From IMG/VR virus record IMGVR_UViG_3300044972_002389, positions 1 through 64,000 of that record: a stretch of DNA of 64,000 bases. One strand, written 5' to 3'. Numbering within the stretch: the stretch's first letter is position 1; each line of letters starts with the position of its first letter. The notes beneath the pieces are model-generated. The model made no database searches and was not told the origin of the DNA. It saw only the letters and a program-made list of their open reading frames with translations. The translations under genes were made by a program, and so were the position numbers. Of this stretch, positions 11,340 through 20,646 are shown in pieces.

Positions 11340-11820
11340 CCTATAATCTACGAACTATTATAGGTTTTGATATCGTGGTAATGTGTCCACGGGCGGAAGG
11401 GATGGTGACCCATCAGGAACGCAAACAACTCGGCGCCCCTATACGCCGGACCGGGAAGCACCGCTGTTTGTCTTGACACATGCTCTCCAGTGCGAACCCG
11501 GAATACACAACCAAGTGACAAAGTAGGTTGAAAAATTATCTTTGCGATGTGATGCATCGCATAAAAAGGATCGCTCTGAGGTGGTCATTCTCATCGATCA
11601 GGACGCAATTCAAGGTAGCTGATGCCCTTGGTTGTGTTTGCCGCTGCTGAACCCTGTGTTCGAGGTAGTGAATGCATACTGGTACCGAGCAACCGCCAGT
11701 TTTTGGTTTTCCCAAACATTCATCCAAATCATGCTCTCTATACGGCGCCATACCAGGCACTTGAGACAATTTACCTCCCCAATTAGCCGTTGGGGAGAGT
11801 ATGATCTCTTCCAACACCAC
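11340..11820 (+). ncRNA. Candidate large structured non-coding RNA (unclassified)
   Basis: Long gap with no credible CDS and many nested stems (see findings); strand assumed from flanking genes. Confidence 0.55.
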
Positions 11821-11849
11821 CCAGAACATGAATATATGAAAATCTTCTA

Positions 11850-11878
11850 TTGCATCATAAAATATCAGATGCTATGTT
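11850..11878 (+). promoter_or_regulatory. Sigma70-like promoter TTGCAT-17-TATGTT
   Basis: Spacing and position upstream of 11907. Confidence 0.4.
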
Positions 11879-11906
11879 GATCTCAGATAAAAAGGATCGG
11901 CAAAAA

Positions 11907-12062
11907 ATGTGGTTTATTCTGCTTATGGCTGTGATAGCCGCAGTGTATGGCCTAGGAATGGTAGCTAATATCATAGGCTACTTTTTCCTATTCATTGGGC
12001 TTGGAATTGCCGCTCTAGTGGCACTGATCGTTATCGGTGCCGTTCTCGCAGATGGGAACTGA
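11907..12062 (+). CDS. Small membrane protein (2 TM)
   Basis: ATG 11907 after AAGGA; almost entirely hydrophobic. Confidence 0.6.
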   Translation: MWFILLMAVIAAVYGLGMVANIIGYFFLFIGLGIAALVALIVIGAVLADGN

Positions 12063-12064
12063 AG

Positions 12065-12424
12065 ATGACAGTGTGGGACAAAATTGCCGCTAGGGCTTAT
12101 GATAATCAGGACCCGTGTCCTGTTCACCCGCTACGCCCTACTCTGGGTCCCAATCCCAGTGCAGGAGAGGCTCAGGCATATGCTGATGCGCTCACGCATT
12201 ATGAGAAGGTAGCTCTACCCGAACACGAGGTGGCTTATAAGCTATACATAGCTCAATGTGCCGAGTTGGCTGCACCTTTCCAAGATGATCTCGAAGAGTA
12301 TTATGGCATGAAGGGTCATCCCAAAGCAGAGCTGCTCTACTGGAAGAGCTATGAGCGTGGTCACTACGCGGGCTTCAGTCAGATTGCCAGCGCCTACAGT
12401 GACCTTGTGGAACTTGTGAAGTGA
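12065..12424 (+). CDS. Hypothetical protein
   Basis: 119-aa ORF tightly packed with neighbours. Confidence 0.7.
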   Translation: MTVWDKIAARAYDNQDPCPVHPLRPTLGPNPSAGEAQAYADALTHYEKVALPEHEVAYKLYIAQCAELAAPFQDDLEEYYGMKGHPKAELLYWKSYERGHYAGFSQIASAYSDLVELVK

Positions 12425-12437
12425 GAGAAAGCTGCTG

Positions 12438-12611
12438 TTGCCCCAGCCTGTCACTGTGCAGAGTAACCGACAACAGTTGGATGCTCAAATAGAGTGGTGC
12501 CAGCAGAATCTGCCACGCTATACCTGGCGATGTTATGTCACTCATTTTTGGTTTGACAGTCAAGAAACTGCTACCCATTTTGCCTTGATATGGAGCACAA
12601 ACGATGGTTGA
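12438..12611 (+). CDS. Small Trp-rich protein (WC...FWF...F-x-L-x-W family), not in ORF track
   Basis: Manual translation ..LDAQIEWCQQNLPRYTWRCYVTHFWFDSQETATHFALIWSTNDG*; fills the gap and matches the pattern of genes at 61152-62371; TTG start uncertain. Confidence 0.65.
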   Translation: MPQPVTVQSNRQQLDAQIEWCQQNLPRYTWRCYVTHFWFDSQETATHFALIWSTNDG

Positions 12612-13233
12612 CGTTCGACTGCTGCGTGATGCTGCTATTGCAGAGAGCAACAACGGCTTCAACGTGCATGATGAGCTAAAAACTCTCACAGTTGAAGAGC
12701 TCAAGAATGTAACCCAAGCTAGCCTCAAAAATTTTGAAGTTCTGTGCCTCAACGTGCTGGGCGACTTGAACATTAGCACCATTATCAGAAGCAGTCACCT
12801 TTTTGGGGCTCGTAAGGTGCATGTGTTTGGTCGCCGACGCACTGACAACAGAGGCCTAGTGGGAGCTCAAAATTACACCCAAGTGGACCGGGTACAAGGA
12901 CTCCTAGAGGATGGGGTTACTATCGATCCTGATGCCTTTTGGCGTTATGTGGACCAGGAGAGGCTCTATCCTGTTTTTGTTGAGCAGGGAGGCACCAATG
13001 TTTATGAGTTTGATTGGAATGAGAGCCTACTAGATGCCAACAGCCTTGGTCGAACCATGTGCTTGATCATGGGCACTGAGAACAGCGGCATTCCACAAAG
13101 CATTCTCAAGGATGTTGACATGGTAGACCAAGCTGTGAGCATTCCTCAAACCGGCGTCATCCGAAGCCATAATGTAAGCATGGCTTTTGCTGTTGTGTGC
13201 GGTCAGATGGTTAGCGCACTTAAATGGTATTGA
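12604..13233 (+). CDS. SpoU/TrmH-family RNA 2'-O-methyltransferase
   Basis: N-I-S-T-I-I-R-S motif 1, LIMGTENSGI motif 2, VSIPQTGVIRSHNVSMA motif 3 (SPOUT). Confidence 0.88.
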   Translation: MVDVRLLRDAAIAESNNGFNVHDELKTLTVEELKNVTQASLKNFEVLCLNVLGDLNISTIIRSSHLFGARKVHVFGRRRTDNRGLVGAQNYTQVDRVQGLLEDGVTIDPDAFWRYVDQERLYPVFVEQGGTNVYEFDWNESLLDANSLGRTMCLIMGTENSGIPQSILKDVDMVDQAVSIPQTGVIRSHNVSMAFAVVCGQMVSALKWY

Positions 13234-13258
13234 CGTAGCGAAGATATTTCGCTATAAA
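13230..13258 (+). promoter_or_regulatory. Sigma70-like promoter TTGACG-17-TATAAA
   Basis: Near-consensus boxes; spacer is itself an inverted repeat TAGCGAA..TTCGCTA. Confidence 0.6.
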
Positions 13259-13342
13259 TGAATTGAGCGTTGTGCTCGATCTTGTGAAAGTGGTTTTCAC
13301 AAGTTAACTCCAAAAAATGCTGCGGCATAGGAGAAGACTAAA

Positions 13343-13537
13343 ATGGCTCGTAATTTTGATATCGCTCAGCGTGCTTTTGATAACCGTTTTGTTGTCTGGG
13401 CAGAAATTGATCACCCCGAAGCAGACCGTGATTGGTACCTGAAGAACGGACTTGCAGTACCCCAGCAGTGGGTGGCTGTAGCTGTTACTCATACCAAGGA
13501 GGCTGCTATCCGCGCCACCAAACAGGTTAAGATTTAA
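13343..13537 (+). CDS. Hypothetical protein
   Basis: 64-aa ORF with GGAG RBS downstream of a promoter. Confidence 0.65.
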   Translation: MARNFDIAQRAFDNRFVVWAEIDHPEADRDWYLKNGLAVPQQWVAVAVTHTKEAAIRATKQVKI

Positions 13538-13567
13538 CCTCAAAAACAAAAAACTTGGATACTACCT

Positions 13568-13599
13568 GAGCTGGGAATTATTTTCCCAGCTCTTTTTTT
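13568..13599 (+). terminator. Intrinsic terminator
   Basis: GAGCTGGGAA-ttatt-TTCCCAGCTC 10-bp stem followed by a T run, at a convergent gene junction. Confidence 0.75.
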
Positions 13600-13964
13600 C
13601 TGATGGCTTGATCAAACAGCTCTAGTATCTGTTGTTTTGTTTGAGGTTCAATTTGCTGGCAACGGGTGATTTCCGCATCAGGAAAATACTGCAAGATTTC
13701 AGTCACAGCTTGATTTTCTGACTCGGCAACAATAAACGAAGCCAACTCCACATCTTGAATATAATTTTGGTTGATTTCATCTAGCAGTGATTGGTTCTTG
13801 GTTTGAAACGCATCAGCTACCAATTCCTCAGTTACAGTCAATGAGCTCTTGCAGGATGTTCTTTTTTTATACATGTGGCCCTGTTGTAAGGGATACCAGA
13901 CCCAAGGAGTAGTAACTTCCTCTTCTTGCCATGTTCGCCAACTTATGTAGTGGATGCTGTTCAT
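13578..13964 (-). CDS. Hypothetical protein
   Basis: ORF 13578..14027; likely ATG at 13964. Confidence 0.6.
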   Translation of the reverse strand: MNSIHYISWRTWQEEEVTTPWVWYPLQQGHMYKKRTSCKSSLTVTEELVADAFQTKNQSLLDEINQNYIQDVELASFIVAESENQAVTEILQYFPDAEITRCQQIEPQTKQQILELFDQAIRKKELGK

Positions 13965-14118
13965 AATAGGTTGAAGCCTTAAATCATCTTCTGAGATGAG
14001 TCTACTGGACTCCCTGGAGCTATGCAAAAATAACTGTCAATGCTTTCATATTACACTTAATGGTGTTGAGGAAAAAGGCTATCAGGATGGTACATAACGA
14101 CTTGCCTAAATACCTTAT

Positions 14119-14367
14119 ATGAGCAAAGAAGATTACATCACAGTCAACGGCACAGTTATTGAAGTTTGTCCCAACAGTCTGTTCAGAGTACAATTGGAAA
14201 ACGGACTTACAATACTAGCTCACTTGGCTGGCAAATTGAGAATCAACAACATCAATGTCCATCATCTTGATCATGTGACCGTAGAGCTAAGCGCATATGA
14301 TTTGACGAAAGGACGCATTGTCTACCGACAAAAGCGCCCTCCTCGGAATTCCAACGCTACTCATTGA
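14119..14367 (+). CDS. infA: Translation initiation factor IF-1
   Basis: [41 protein letters not shown]...[20 protein letters not shown], the classic IF-1 pattern. Confidence 0.95.
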   Translation: MSKEDYITVNGTVIEVCPNSLFRVQLENGLTILAHLAGKLRINNINVHHLDHVTVELSAYDLTKGRIVYRQKRPPRNSNATH

Positions 14368-15535
14368 CCTCAGTTGAGTCCAGTGTAGCCTCATTATCGT
14401 TCAGGACTACTGCCACATCATTGTCTGTATTTTGAAGGTTGGGCACTAAGACAACAGTTTCTGTTGATTTTTCCACATTGCTGTCAAACCAATCTTGGAT
14501 AATCTTAAGGTTGTTTTTTAGTCTGCCATCATTTGAATTGTGTTCAACCGCCTTGGAAGCGTAATCTAAGCTTTCTGTTCTTAACCCCAAATTCCAAGCA
14601 CTTATGCTGGCAAGATCATGTGGTAACCAACTCCATGAGTCTTCGTTACAAGTGTAGTCCATTGGATGTTGAGTGATCTCTAGGGCTTTTACAGCATGTT
14701 TGTAGCATTCACCCCAATTGGCTTTTGTATAATAATATCGAGCTAGCTCAACCAATGGCTCTCTATGATTTGGAGTTTCCATAGTAGCCATCTTCAACCA
14801 GAACTCTTTGTTTTCATCATCCACTGATGCCAAGTTTTGCATTGCAAATCCTCGCTCTACATTCCAGCAAGGCATTGTCAAGAACTCTTTGTAAGTTTTG
14901 ATGCAATCTTCCTTCATACCTCGATACATATATTCTCTGCCCAGATAAGCTCGCATGCGTGCATCGTGAGGATATTCTCTCACTGCTTCCTGAAGCAATG
15001 GTAGATCGCCGTTTTTGTTTTTGAATTCAGGGTAGTGGAGGATACGCAGCTCGGGGCAACTGGTTTGAACTTCAGGCACACGGCTGCATAACCCTTCGTG
15101 AGTCGCACCTACCCATCGAAAACCTCGTCGCGCATGGATGCGATCTCCATTCCAGATGCGGCCAGGCACACCAGGTGACAACCAATTCCAAATATATGTA
15201 TATCTAAGTCTAGTGGTTTCTGGTGTCCATGACTTTTCCAACAGTTCTCGCCAGCCGTTATCAAGACGTTCATCCATATGAAGACAAATGCATACATCAC
15301 AATCAGCTGGTAACAAACTCATTGCGATATTATATGCATCATCAAAACGCCAAGGACTGATCAATGTATCATATACAGAAACTTTATTCTCTTGTAAAAT
15401 TTGTTTTGTATCATCTGTGCTGCCTGTATCTATTACTACTCGGTAATCAGCATCTGCACATGACAGGGCCCAAGCAGCAGCATTTTTGTTCTCGTTCAAT
15501 GCCGGAGCATAGACGCCTATTTTCAATTTTGTCAT
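14357..15535 (-). CDS. Glycosyltransferase family 2 with TPR repeats
   Basis: [26 protein letters not shown], then TPR-like helices. Confidence 0.85.
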   Translation of the reverse strand: MTKLKIGVYAPALNENKNAAAWALSCADADYRVVIDTGSTDDTKQILQENKVSVYDTLISPWRFDDAYNIAMSLLPADCDVCICLHMDERLDNGWRELLEKSWTPETTRLRYTYIWNWLSPGVPGRIWNGDRIHARRGFRWVGATHEGLCSRVPEVQTSCPELRILHYPEFKNKNGDLPLLQEAVREYPHDARMRAYLGREYMYRGMKEDCIKTYKEFLTMPCWNVERGFAMQNLASVDDENKEFWLKMATMETPNHREPLVELARYYYTKANWGECYKHAVKALEITQHPMDYTCNEDSWSWLPHDLASISAWNLGLRTESLDYASKAVEHNSNDGRLKNNLKIIQDWFDSNVEKSTETVVLVPNLQNTDNDVAVVLNDNEATLDSTEVNE

Positions 15536-16596
15536 CCTTTGTTCTCCAGGACAGATTTCACAAACTCATAATTGGATTTGATGCGGCCATCTTCTGGCTC
15601 AAGACGTGCAGCTTCTTCAAACATTCTGAGGCTTTCGTCCTTTAGGCCGAGGTTCCAAGCACCTAATCCGCATAGATCATACATTCTTCCTCCCCAAGCG
15701 TGCGAATAATCAAGATAGCTGTTGCTCTTGTGAGCACATTTCAAACCTTCTTTAGCAGCCGCATAGAGATTGGGCCAATCAGCATTGTTGTAGTAATATT
15801 CGGCTAGATTTAACCAAACTTCTCGTCGTGTGGGACTTTCAACAGAACTTAGTCTCAGCCACTTCAATTCTTCATGGGGTAGACATTTGGCTAACCACTT
15901 CATAGCCTCGCTCCGTTCATCAGCCCAACCACTTTCAGGCATGGCAAGATACTTTTGGAAATGTTCAGCAGCATTTTCAGGCTGATTATACCAAGCATAC
16001 TCTCTTGCCAACCAATAGCACAATTGACTGTCACGTGGCATCTCTTTGTAGCTTGTTTCCAGCAAGGGTAGATATTGGCCACGACTTTTGCTAGGATCTT
16101 GTTTGTGCCACATAACAACACTGGGGGCTACGACGGTTTTTTCATCACCAATGGGAAAAATAGTTTCATGCACTGCACGCTTCCATCGATAACCAAATCT
16201 ACTATGCAGCTTGTCTGCAAGGAATTGACTAAGTGGTTGGTCATTGGCATCAAAGTTGTGAACATAATGATAGCGCAGTCTTGTTGTGCCAGGTAACCAA
16301 TGTTTTTCCAGCTCTTCTCGCCAACCGGGGGCCATCATCTCATCCATGTCCATAGAGATACAGACATCAACATCTTCTGGAACCAATGCTAGTGCCATGT
16401 TGCGTGCATCATCAAACCTCCAAGGTTTGATTTTAATAACACTTACTTGTACACCACGTTCTCGCAATGCCTCCACAGTGCCATCTGTGCTGCCAGTGTC
16501 AGCTACGACTAGATAGTCAGCTTCTTTGACACTGTCACACCAACGCTCTACAAAATGTCTTTCGTTAAGGGAGATAGTATATACAGCTAGTTTCAT
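15532..16596 (-). CDS. Glycosyltransferase family 2 with TPR repeats (paralogue)
   Basis: YTISLNE, DTGSTDGT, PWRFDDARN, DMDE (DxD), VHE, then TPR-like helices. Confidence 0.88.
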   Translation of the reverse strand: MKLAVYTISLNERHFVERWCDSVKEADYLVVADTGSTDGTVEALRERGVQVSVIKIKPWRFDDARNMALALVPEDVDVCISMDMDEMMAPGWREELEKHWLPGTTRLRYHYVHNFDANDQPLSQFLADKLHSRFGYRWKRAVHETIFPIGDEKTVVAPSVVMWHKQDPSKSRGQYLPLLETSYKEMPRDSQLCYWLAREYAWYNQPENAAEHFQKYLAMPESGWADERSEAMKWLAKCLPHEELKWLRLSSVESPTRREVWLNLAEYYYNNADWPNLYAAAKEGLKCAHKSNSYLDYSHAWGGRMYDLCGLGAWNLGLKDESLRMFEEAARLEPEDGRIKSNYEFVKSVLENKG

Positions 16597-17336
16597 GTAA
16601 TCACCTTTGGCAAAGAATCAGGATCAGAAATATATGGAGTATACCACCATCCTGTATATCTACGTTGTACCACATTTAACGGCAAATCTGCAAAACAGAC
16701 TTCAATATTATGGTGTTTTAAATGGGTATCAAACGCTTTGTGAGGATGAAAGTCTTTGTCTGAGAAGCAGGAAAATCTTTTGCCTGCTTGATTTGCTGTG
16801 CTGCTGTTGCCTATAAACCAAAAATCGCAAGGACTGCCACACCCAAATTTACGTTGAACCAGAAGTTGGTTGTAATCAAAACACCACTGAGGCAAGGAGT
16901 TTTGATAGATGACATCAGCTCGGCTTACAATGACAAAATCGTATTTTTGAGAAAAACAGCTTGCCATCTCAACAACTCTTTCTTGTGCCCATAAATTGGC
17001 CCACATTGCTAGAGGATAATCTTCAACAGAGCCAATATTTGATTTCAACTGTGCAAGTGAGTTTGAAAAACACTGGGAATCCAAGCTAAATGTCTCAGAT
17101 TGTAAAGGACATAAGCTTGATAACATTGAAAAATCCTGGTGTGTTGGAAAACCACCAGGATTTTTATGTGTGTATCGTGGATGGTTTGAATCTGCAGGAT
17201 ACATTCCCAAGGACGATGCATCGTAAACACAGGCAAACAGGTCTATGTTCAAACAGCTAAACAAATGAGTTCGCAAGCTAGCTGCAACATTGTTGAAATG
17301 TCGATAAGGGCCATACAGGCACAGTGCTAGTTTCAT
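16593..17336 (-). CDS. Putative glycosyltransferase-like/glycan-modifying protein
   Basis: MKLALCLYGPYR..YDFVIVSRADV..DFWFIG pattern, shared with 18510..19178. Confidence 0.55.
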   Translation of the reverse strand: MKLALCLYGPYRHFNNVAASLRTHLFSCLNIDLFACVYDASSLGMYPADSNHPRYTHKNPGGFPTHQDFSMLSSLCPLQSETFSLDSQCFSNSLAQLKSNIGSVEDYPLAMWANLWAQERVVEMASCFSQKYDFVIVSRADVIYQNSLPQWCFDYNQLLVQRKFGCGSPCDFWFIGNSSTANQAGKRFSCFSDKDFHPHKAFDTHLKHHNIEVCFADLPLNVVQRRYTGWWYTPYISDPDSLPKVIT

Positions 17337-18043
17337 TATACTACCTTGATCCAAGGAGTGTATTTTTGAATATCATGTTGCTCATAAGTGAACTGACTGT
17401 TTCGAGTAGTGTGATAGTAGATTTTTTTATGAGTTAGCAGTTCGCCAACGCTGTGAATGAAGTTGAAAACACTGCTATCAATGAGGTGTATCTCTTGTGC
17501 ATTTTCAATTACACGTATCCAGGAAAGAAGATTTGATGTAACATTATGTGAGACTTTTACAATACGTACATCGTGAGCACTTTCATCTACCCATTTCAAA
17601 GGCACCCTTCCACCAATGCTGGGCTCGTCATGGACTAATCTATACGGGGTAGAGTCTCCCACAACCATATCATACACTGCGTCAACATCAGGAATACATT
17701 GTGGTAATTTGAATTGGGAGAATCGGTATTCATAAGGTAAGCCAAATTGCTCATAGTACCACCTGTACCACCGTGCACTTGTGGGTCGATGCATATACAC
17801 ATCAGCTTCGATTATAGGTATGCCAAAACAATCTAAGCTGTTTTCAACAGTCTCACTAATACCGTCTATTTTTAGTAGTTTTACTTTGGGATTGTCTTGA
17901 TATAAACAGGAAACTGTGGGCCAGTTGTGAGGTTTCACAGGCACAAATACCTGATCGTATATTTCTGAGAAATAGTTGACTAAGCCATTACAAATGAAAT
18001 AATCACCCAATCCCAGTTGGTGTGCTACTATTACTTCTTTCAT
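17336..18043 (-). CDS. Putative glycosyltransferase (GT-B-like)
   Basis: HQLGLGDYFICNGLV N-terminus, IENAQEIHLIDSS; glyco-cluster context. Confidence 0.55.
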   Translation of the reverse strand: MKEVIVAHQLGLGDYFICNGLVNYFSEIYDQVFVPVKPHNWPTVSCLYQDNPKVKLLKIDGISETVENSLDCFGIPIIEADVYMHRPTSARWYRWYYEQFGLPYEYRFSQFKLPQCIPDVDAVYDMVVGDSTPYRLVHDEPSIGGRVPLKWVDESAHDVRIVKVSHNVTSNLLSWIRVIENAQEIHLIDSSVFNFIHSVGELLTHKKIYYHTTRNSQFTYEQHDIQKYTPWIKVV

Positions 18044-18513
18044 TGTGCACCTACAGGATGCAACAGGCTTATCCAGTCAGAGCATATTCCAAACGCATCC
18101 CAGCTCAAGCATTCAGCTAATTTATCAAGTGGGGTGTGCCATTCAGGCATTACTGCTATACTATTTGAGAACAATGGTTTGTTTGGTGATGTCCACCAGT
18201 AATTTTGGCTTGTTAATACACGCTCATCATTTTCATGCCAAAAATAGTTCAACATTGGGTGCAAGTGGTGTAACTGGCTCAACTCTTGGCAAGCTTTTGC
18301 ATTCTTAGCGTGAATCCATAAGTTTTGCTGTGTTAGGAAATCAGTTGTTACTCTAATTGATGGAGCATCATGCCCCAACATCCAGCCGTCTGTGTACCAA
18401 ACATCAATTTCCACGTCAATTCCCAACTCCAAACAAGTGTGGATTGATTGGGGAGTGTTTTCAGCTTTGGGATCAGGACCATACAAAAGTCCTCGATGTG
18501 CAATCAATCTCAT
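18040..18513 (-). CDS. Glycerophosphodiester phosphodiesterase-like protein
   Basis: IAHRG, ENT, VEIDVW, LGHD, GICSD motifs. Confidence 0.8.
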   Translation of the reverse strand: MRLIAHRGLLYGPDPKAENTPQSIHTCLELGIDVEIDVWYTDGWMLGHDAPSIRVTTDFLTQQNLWIHAKNAKACQELSQLHHLHPMLNYFWHENDERVLTSQNYWWTSPNKPLFSNSIAVMPEWHTPLDKLAECLSWDAFGICSDWISLLHPVGAQ

Positions 18514-19178
18514 GGTATAATTCCTGTTGGTCTTACTATTCCGTTATGCCAGTTGTGTTCTTTGACTGGTATGTTGTGTAACAAAAGATGGCTTTTCAAA
18601 AACAACTCGCCACAAAAATCCACCTTGTAGTCTTGATAGAGTGTAGGAAGCCAATCCACTAGTTGTGCGTAAGTTTTCATAGTTGTACTGCTGCCATATG
18701 CAAATTGGTCACTTATGCCCAGATACTCTTGGTCCAAGAACTGGAATCGATGCCCAGATAATCCCGGTGTATGGGCTACATTTACTGCGTTGTTCAATTC
18801 CAGCTCCACAGTTTGAAGGAACCAATCAAATCTTGCACGGATAATCACGTCATACTCAAACCCAAAATTAGTTTGATAGTCAAGCGCCAAGCCAATGGCT
18901 TTTTGAATTCCAGTATATTGTGCAAGTTGATTTTGTGGTATAGTACGGTATGCCCAAATGCGGTCTGTGTACAGGCTTACATCATATTTTTTAGGTTGTT
19001 CCCAGGACAGGATTTTGGGTTGATATAAGCTCCAAAAATTATTGGGGTCAAAATCTAGATTTTGCCAAGTGTGAATGAATACGTCAGGTTGATATACGTC
19101 TAATAGACATCGTTTCCAGTAACGATGCGTTTCCCTTACAAATCTTGGTAAACCTGAAAAACAAAGTGCCACACGCAC
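18510..19178 (-). CDS. Putative glycosyltransferase-like protein
   Basis: RVALCFSGLPR..VFIHTW..YDVIIRARFD..SDQFAYG. Confidence 0.6.
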   Translation of the reverse strand: MRVALCFSGLPRFVRETHRYWKRCLLDVYQPDVFIHTWQNLDFDPNNFWSLYQPKILSWEQPKKYDVSLYTDRIWAYRTIPQNQLAQYTGIQKAIGLALDYQTNFGFEYDVIIRARFDWFLQTVELELNNAVNVAHTPGLSGHRFQFLDQEYLGISDQFAYGSSTTMKTYAQLVDWLPTLYQDYKVDFCGELFLKSHLLLHNIPVKEHNWHNGIVRPTGIIP

Positions 19179-19508
19179 CTAGTCACCCAAGGTCAAGAGT
19201 TGTTTGTCATTCATACTGGGAACCTTGACACAAATAATACTTGTGTCCTCAAGAAACTCAGGATTGGTGATTTCCCAAGGATACAGAATAAAAATATCTC
19301 CAGAGCTGAGCTCAGTGTCTTGAATTCTCATTCTCCCGCTGGTAATGAGATTGATCTCAGTAACTTTTGTGTGAAAGTGCGGATCAGGAGGATCACTGGA
19401 TTTGTGTGTGCGAAAACCAACTTCAAAGTCTTTTGTGGGCCAAGCAGTGGGCTCAAAATCGCCCACAAACCATCCTCGTAGCATATTGTTGTGTTTCAAC
19501 AACTTCAT
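19179..19508 (-). CDS. Cupin-fold protein
   Basis: GWFVGDFEP, HFHTKVTEIN, GDIFILYPWE. Confidence 0.75.
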   Translation of the reverse strand: MKLLKHNNMLRGWFVGDFEPTAWPTKDFEVGFRTHKSSDPPDPHFHTKVTEINLITSGRMRIQDTELSSGDIFILYPWEITNPEFLEDTSIICVKVPSMNDKQLLTLGD

Positions 19509-20605
19509 AGACCAAATGACTCCCAGTTCACAATTCCAAACCCTTGATCAGTTAATACATTTACAGCCAGTGCTCTATTACTGTCAGCTTCACTAAGCTT
19601 GTCATTTACAATTACTCTTGTACCACTTGTAACACCCATCAACAGTTGATCATACGCTATACCAATACTCTCAAGCTGTGCAACTGTGGCAGCTCTAGTA
19701 CTTTCTTTTCTGGCTGTAACAAGTATAATAGTGTGCCCTTGGCTATCCCATTGGTTGAACTTTTCTCGTACACCGTGTAGTATTTTTGGCTCAACTCGCA
19801 ATGCCTCACTTATGGAATGCTGATGTTGAATAAGGGTGCCGTCAATGTCGCAAAAAATTGTTTTGGGCTTGCTGCTGTAAAACTCCTTCACCTTACCCAA
19901 ATACCGTGCCACATCTTCTGGAGTGCCCAACGGAATATAAATGTTTGGAGCAACAAAATATGGGAAAATGCTTGAGCCTTGTTGAATGAGATAGTTGTAA
20001 GTTTCGCTTATGTAACACTCAGGCCGGCCGTGAAATGTAAATTCTGACAGGAGTTTTTCTGCACTTTCTACAAAATCACAGCCGCGTTTCCAATAGTGAA
20101 AACCAATTAGTGCATCATCTGAGATGGGATTTTTCTCCACAACCTGTACTACTCGACTGTTTTTGATCTCAGCAAAGCTGTTCTTGGGATCCCTTTCTTT
20201 GTGAAGCACAACTGCCCCATCAACTCCGGTATCGCTTGTAAATTTTAAAAACTCTCGAGGATCCCAATTGATGATTTGATCGCAATTATAAATCACTAGC
20301 GGCTCATTGTTGTTGATAAACTCTCGAGCACACAATGCTGTTTGGCTGGCACCATTTGTGACACGATCTATTTCAATTATCTCACATTCAGGGCGTAGTT
20401 GCTTCAATAGACTGTTCAGCTGGTGTGAATATGCTGGGTTCTCATATTTGCGTGTTACAAAAATAAATTTTCCATCAACATCAAAGCTTTTGATGCTATG
20501 CTCAATCAGTGTGCGAGAGTTAACCTCAATAAGCGGTTTAGGCTCTTGTATCCCAATGTTGGAAAATCTAGAGCCCAACCCTGCCATTGGTATGAGAATA
20601 TTCAT
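19505..20605 (-). CDS. Sugar nucleotidyltransferase fused to HAD-like phosphatase
   Basis: IPMAGLGSRF..PKPLI N-terminal domain; C-terminal FCDIDGTL, VTAR, VNDK. Confidence 0.85.
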   Translation of the reverse strand: MNILIPMAGLGSRFSNIGIQEPKPLIEVNSRTLIEHSIKSFDVDGKFIFVTRKYENPAYSHQLNSLLKQLRPECEIIEIDRVTNGASQTALCAREFINNNEPLVIYNCDQIINWDPREFLKFTSDTGVDGAVVLHKERDPKNSFAEIKNSRVVQVVEKNPISDDALIGFHYWKRGCDFVESAEKLLSEFTFHGRPECYISETYNYLIQQGSSIFPYFVAPNIYIPLGTPEDVARYLGKVKEFYSSKPKTIFCDIDGTLIQHQHSISEALRVEPKILHGVREKFNQWDSQGHTIILVTARKESTRAATVAQLESIGIAYDQLLMGVTSGTRVIVNDKLSEADSNRALAVNVLTDQGFGIVNWESFGL

Positions 20606-20646
20606 GACTGATCCTTATCTACAAAATAAATTGTAGTGGATGTCAG

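Noticed and set aside
11340-11820. Assignment to tmRNA, RNase P RNA, tRNA or a group I/II intron
   Set aside because: Signature motifs not found by eye, and the flanking genes are not split
11348-11880. Track ORFs 11348..11557, 11536..11829 and 11632..11880
   Set aside because: No RBS, no recognisable motifs and mutually overlapping; the region is better explained as structured non-coding sequence
12553-12558. TTGACA as a promoter for the SpoU gene
   Set aside because: Lies inside the small CDS 12438..12611 and has no convincing -10 box
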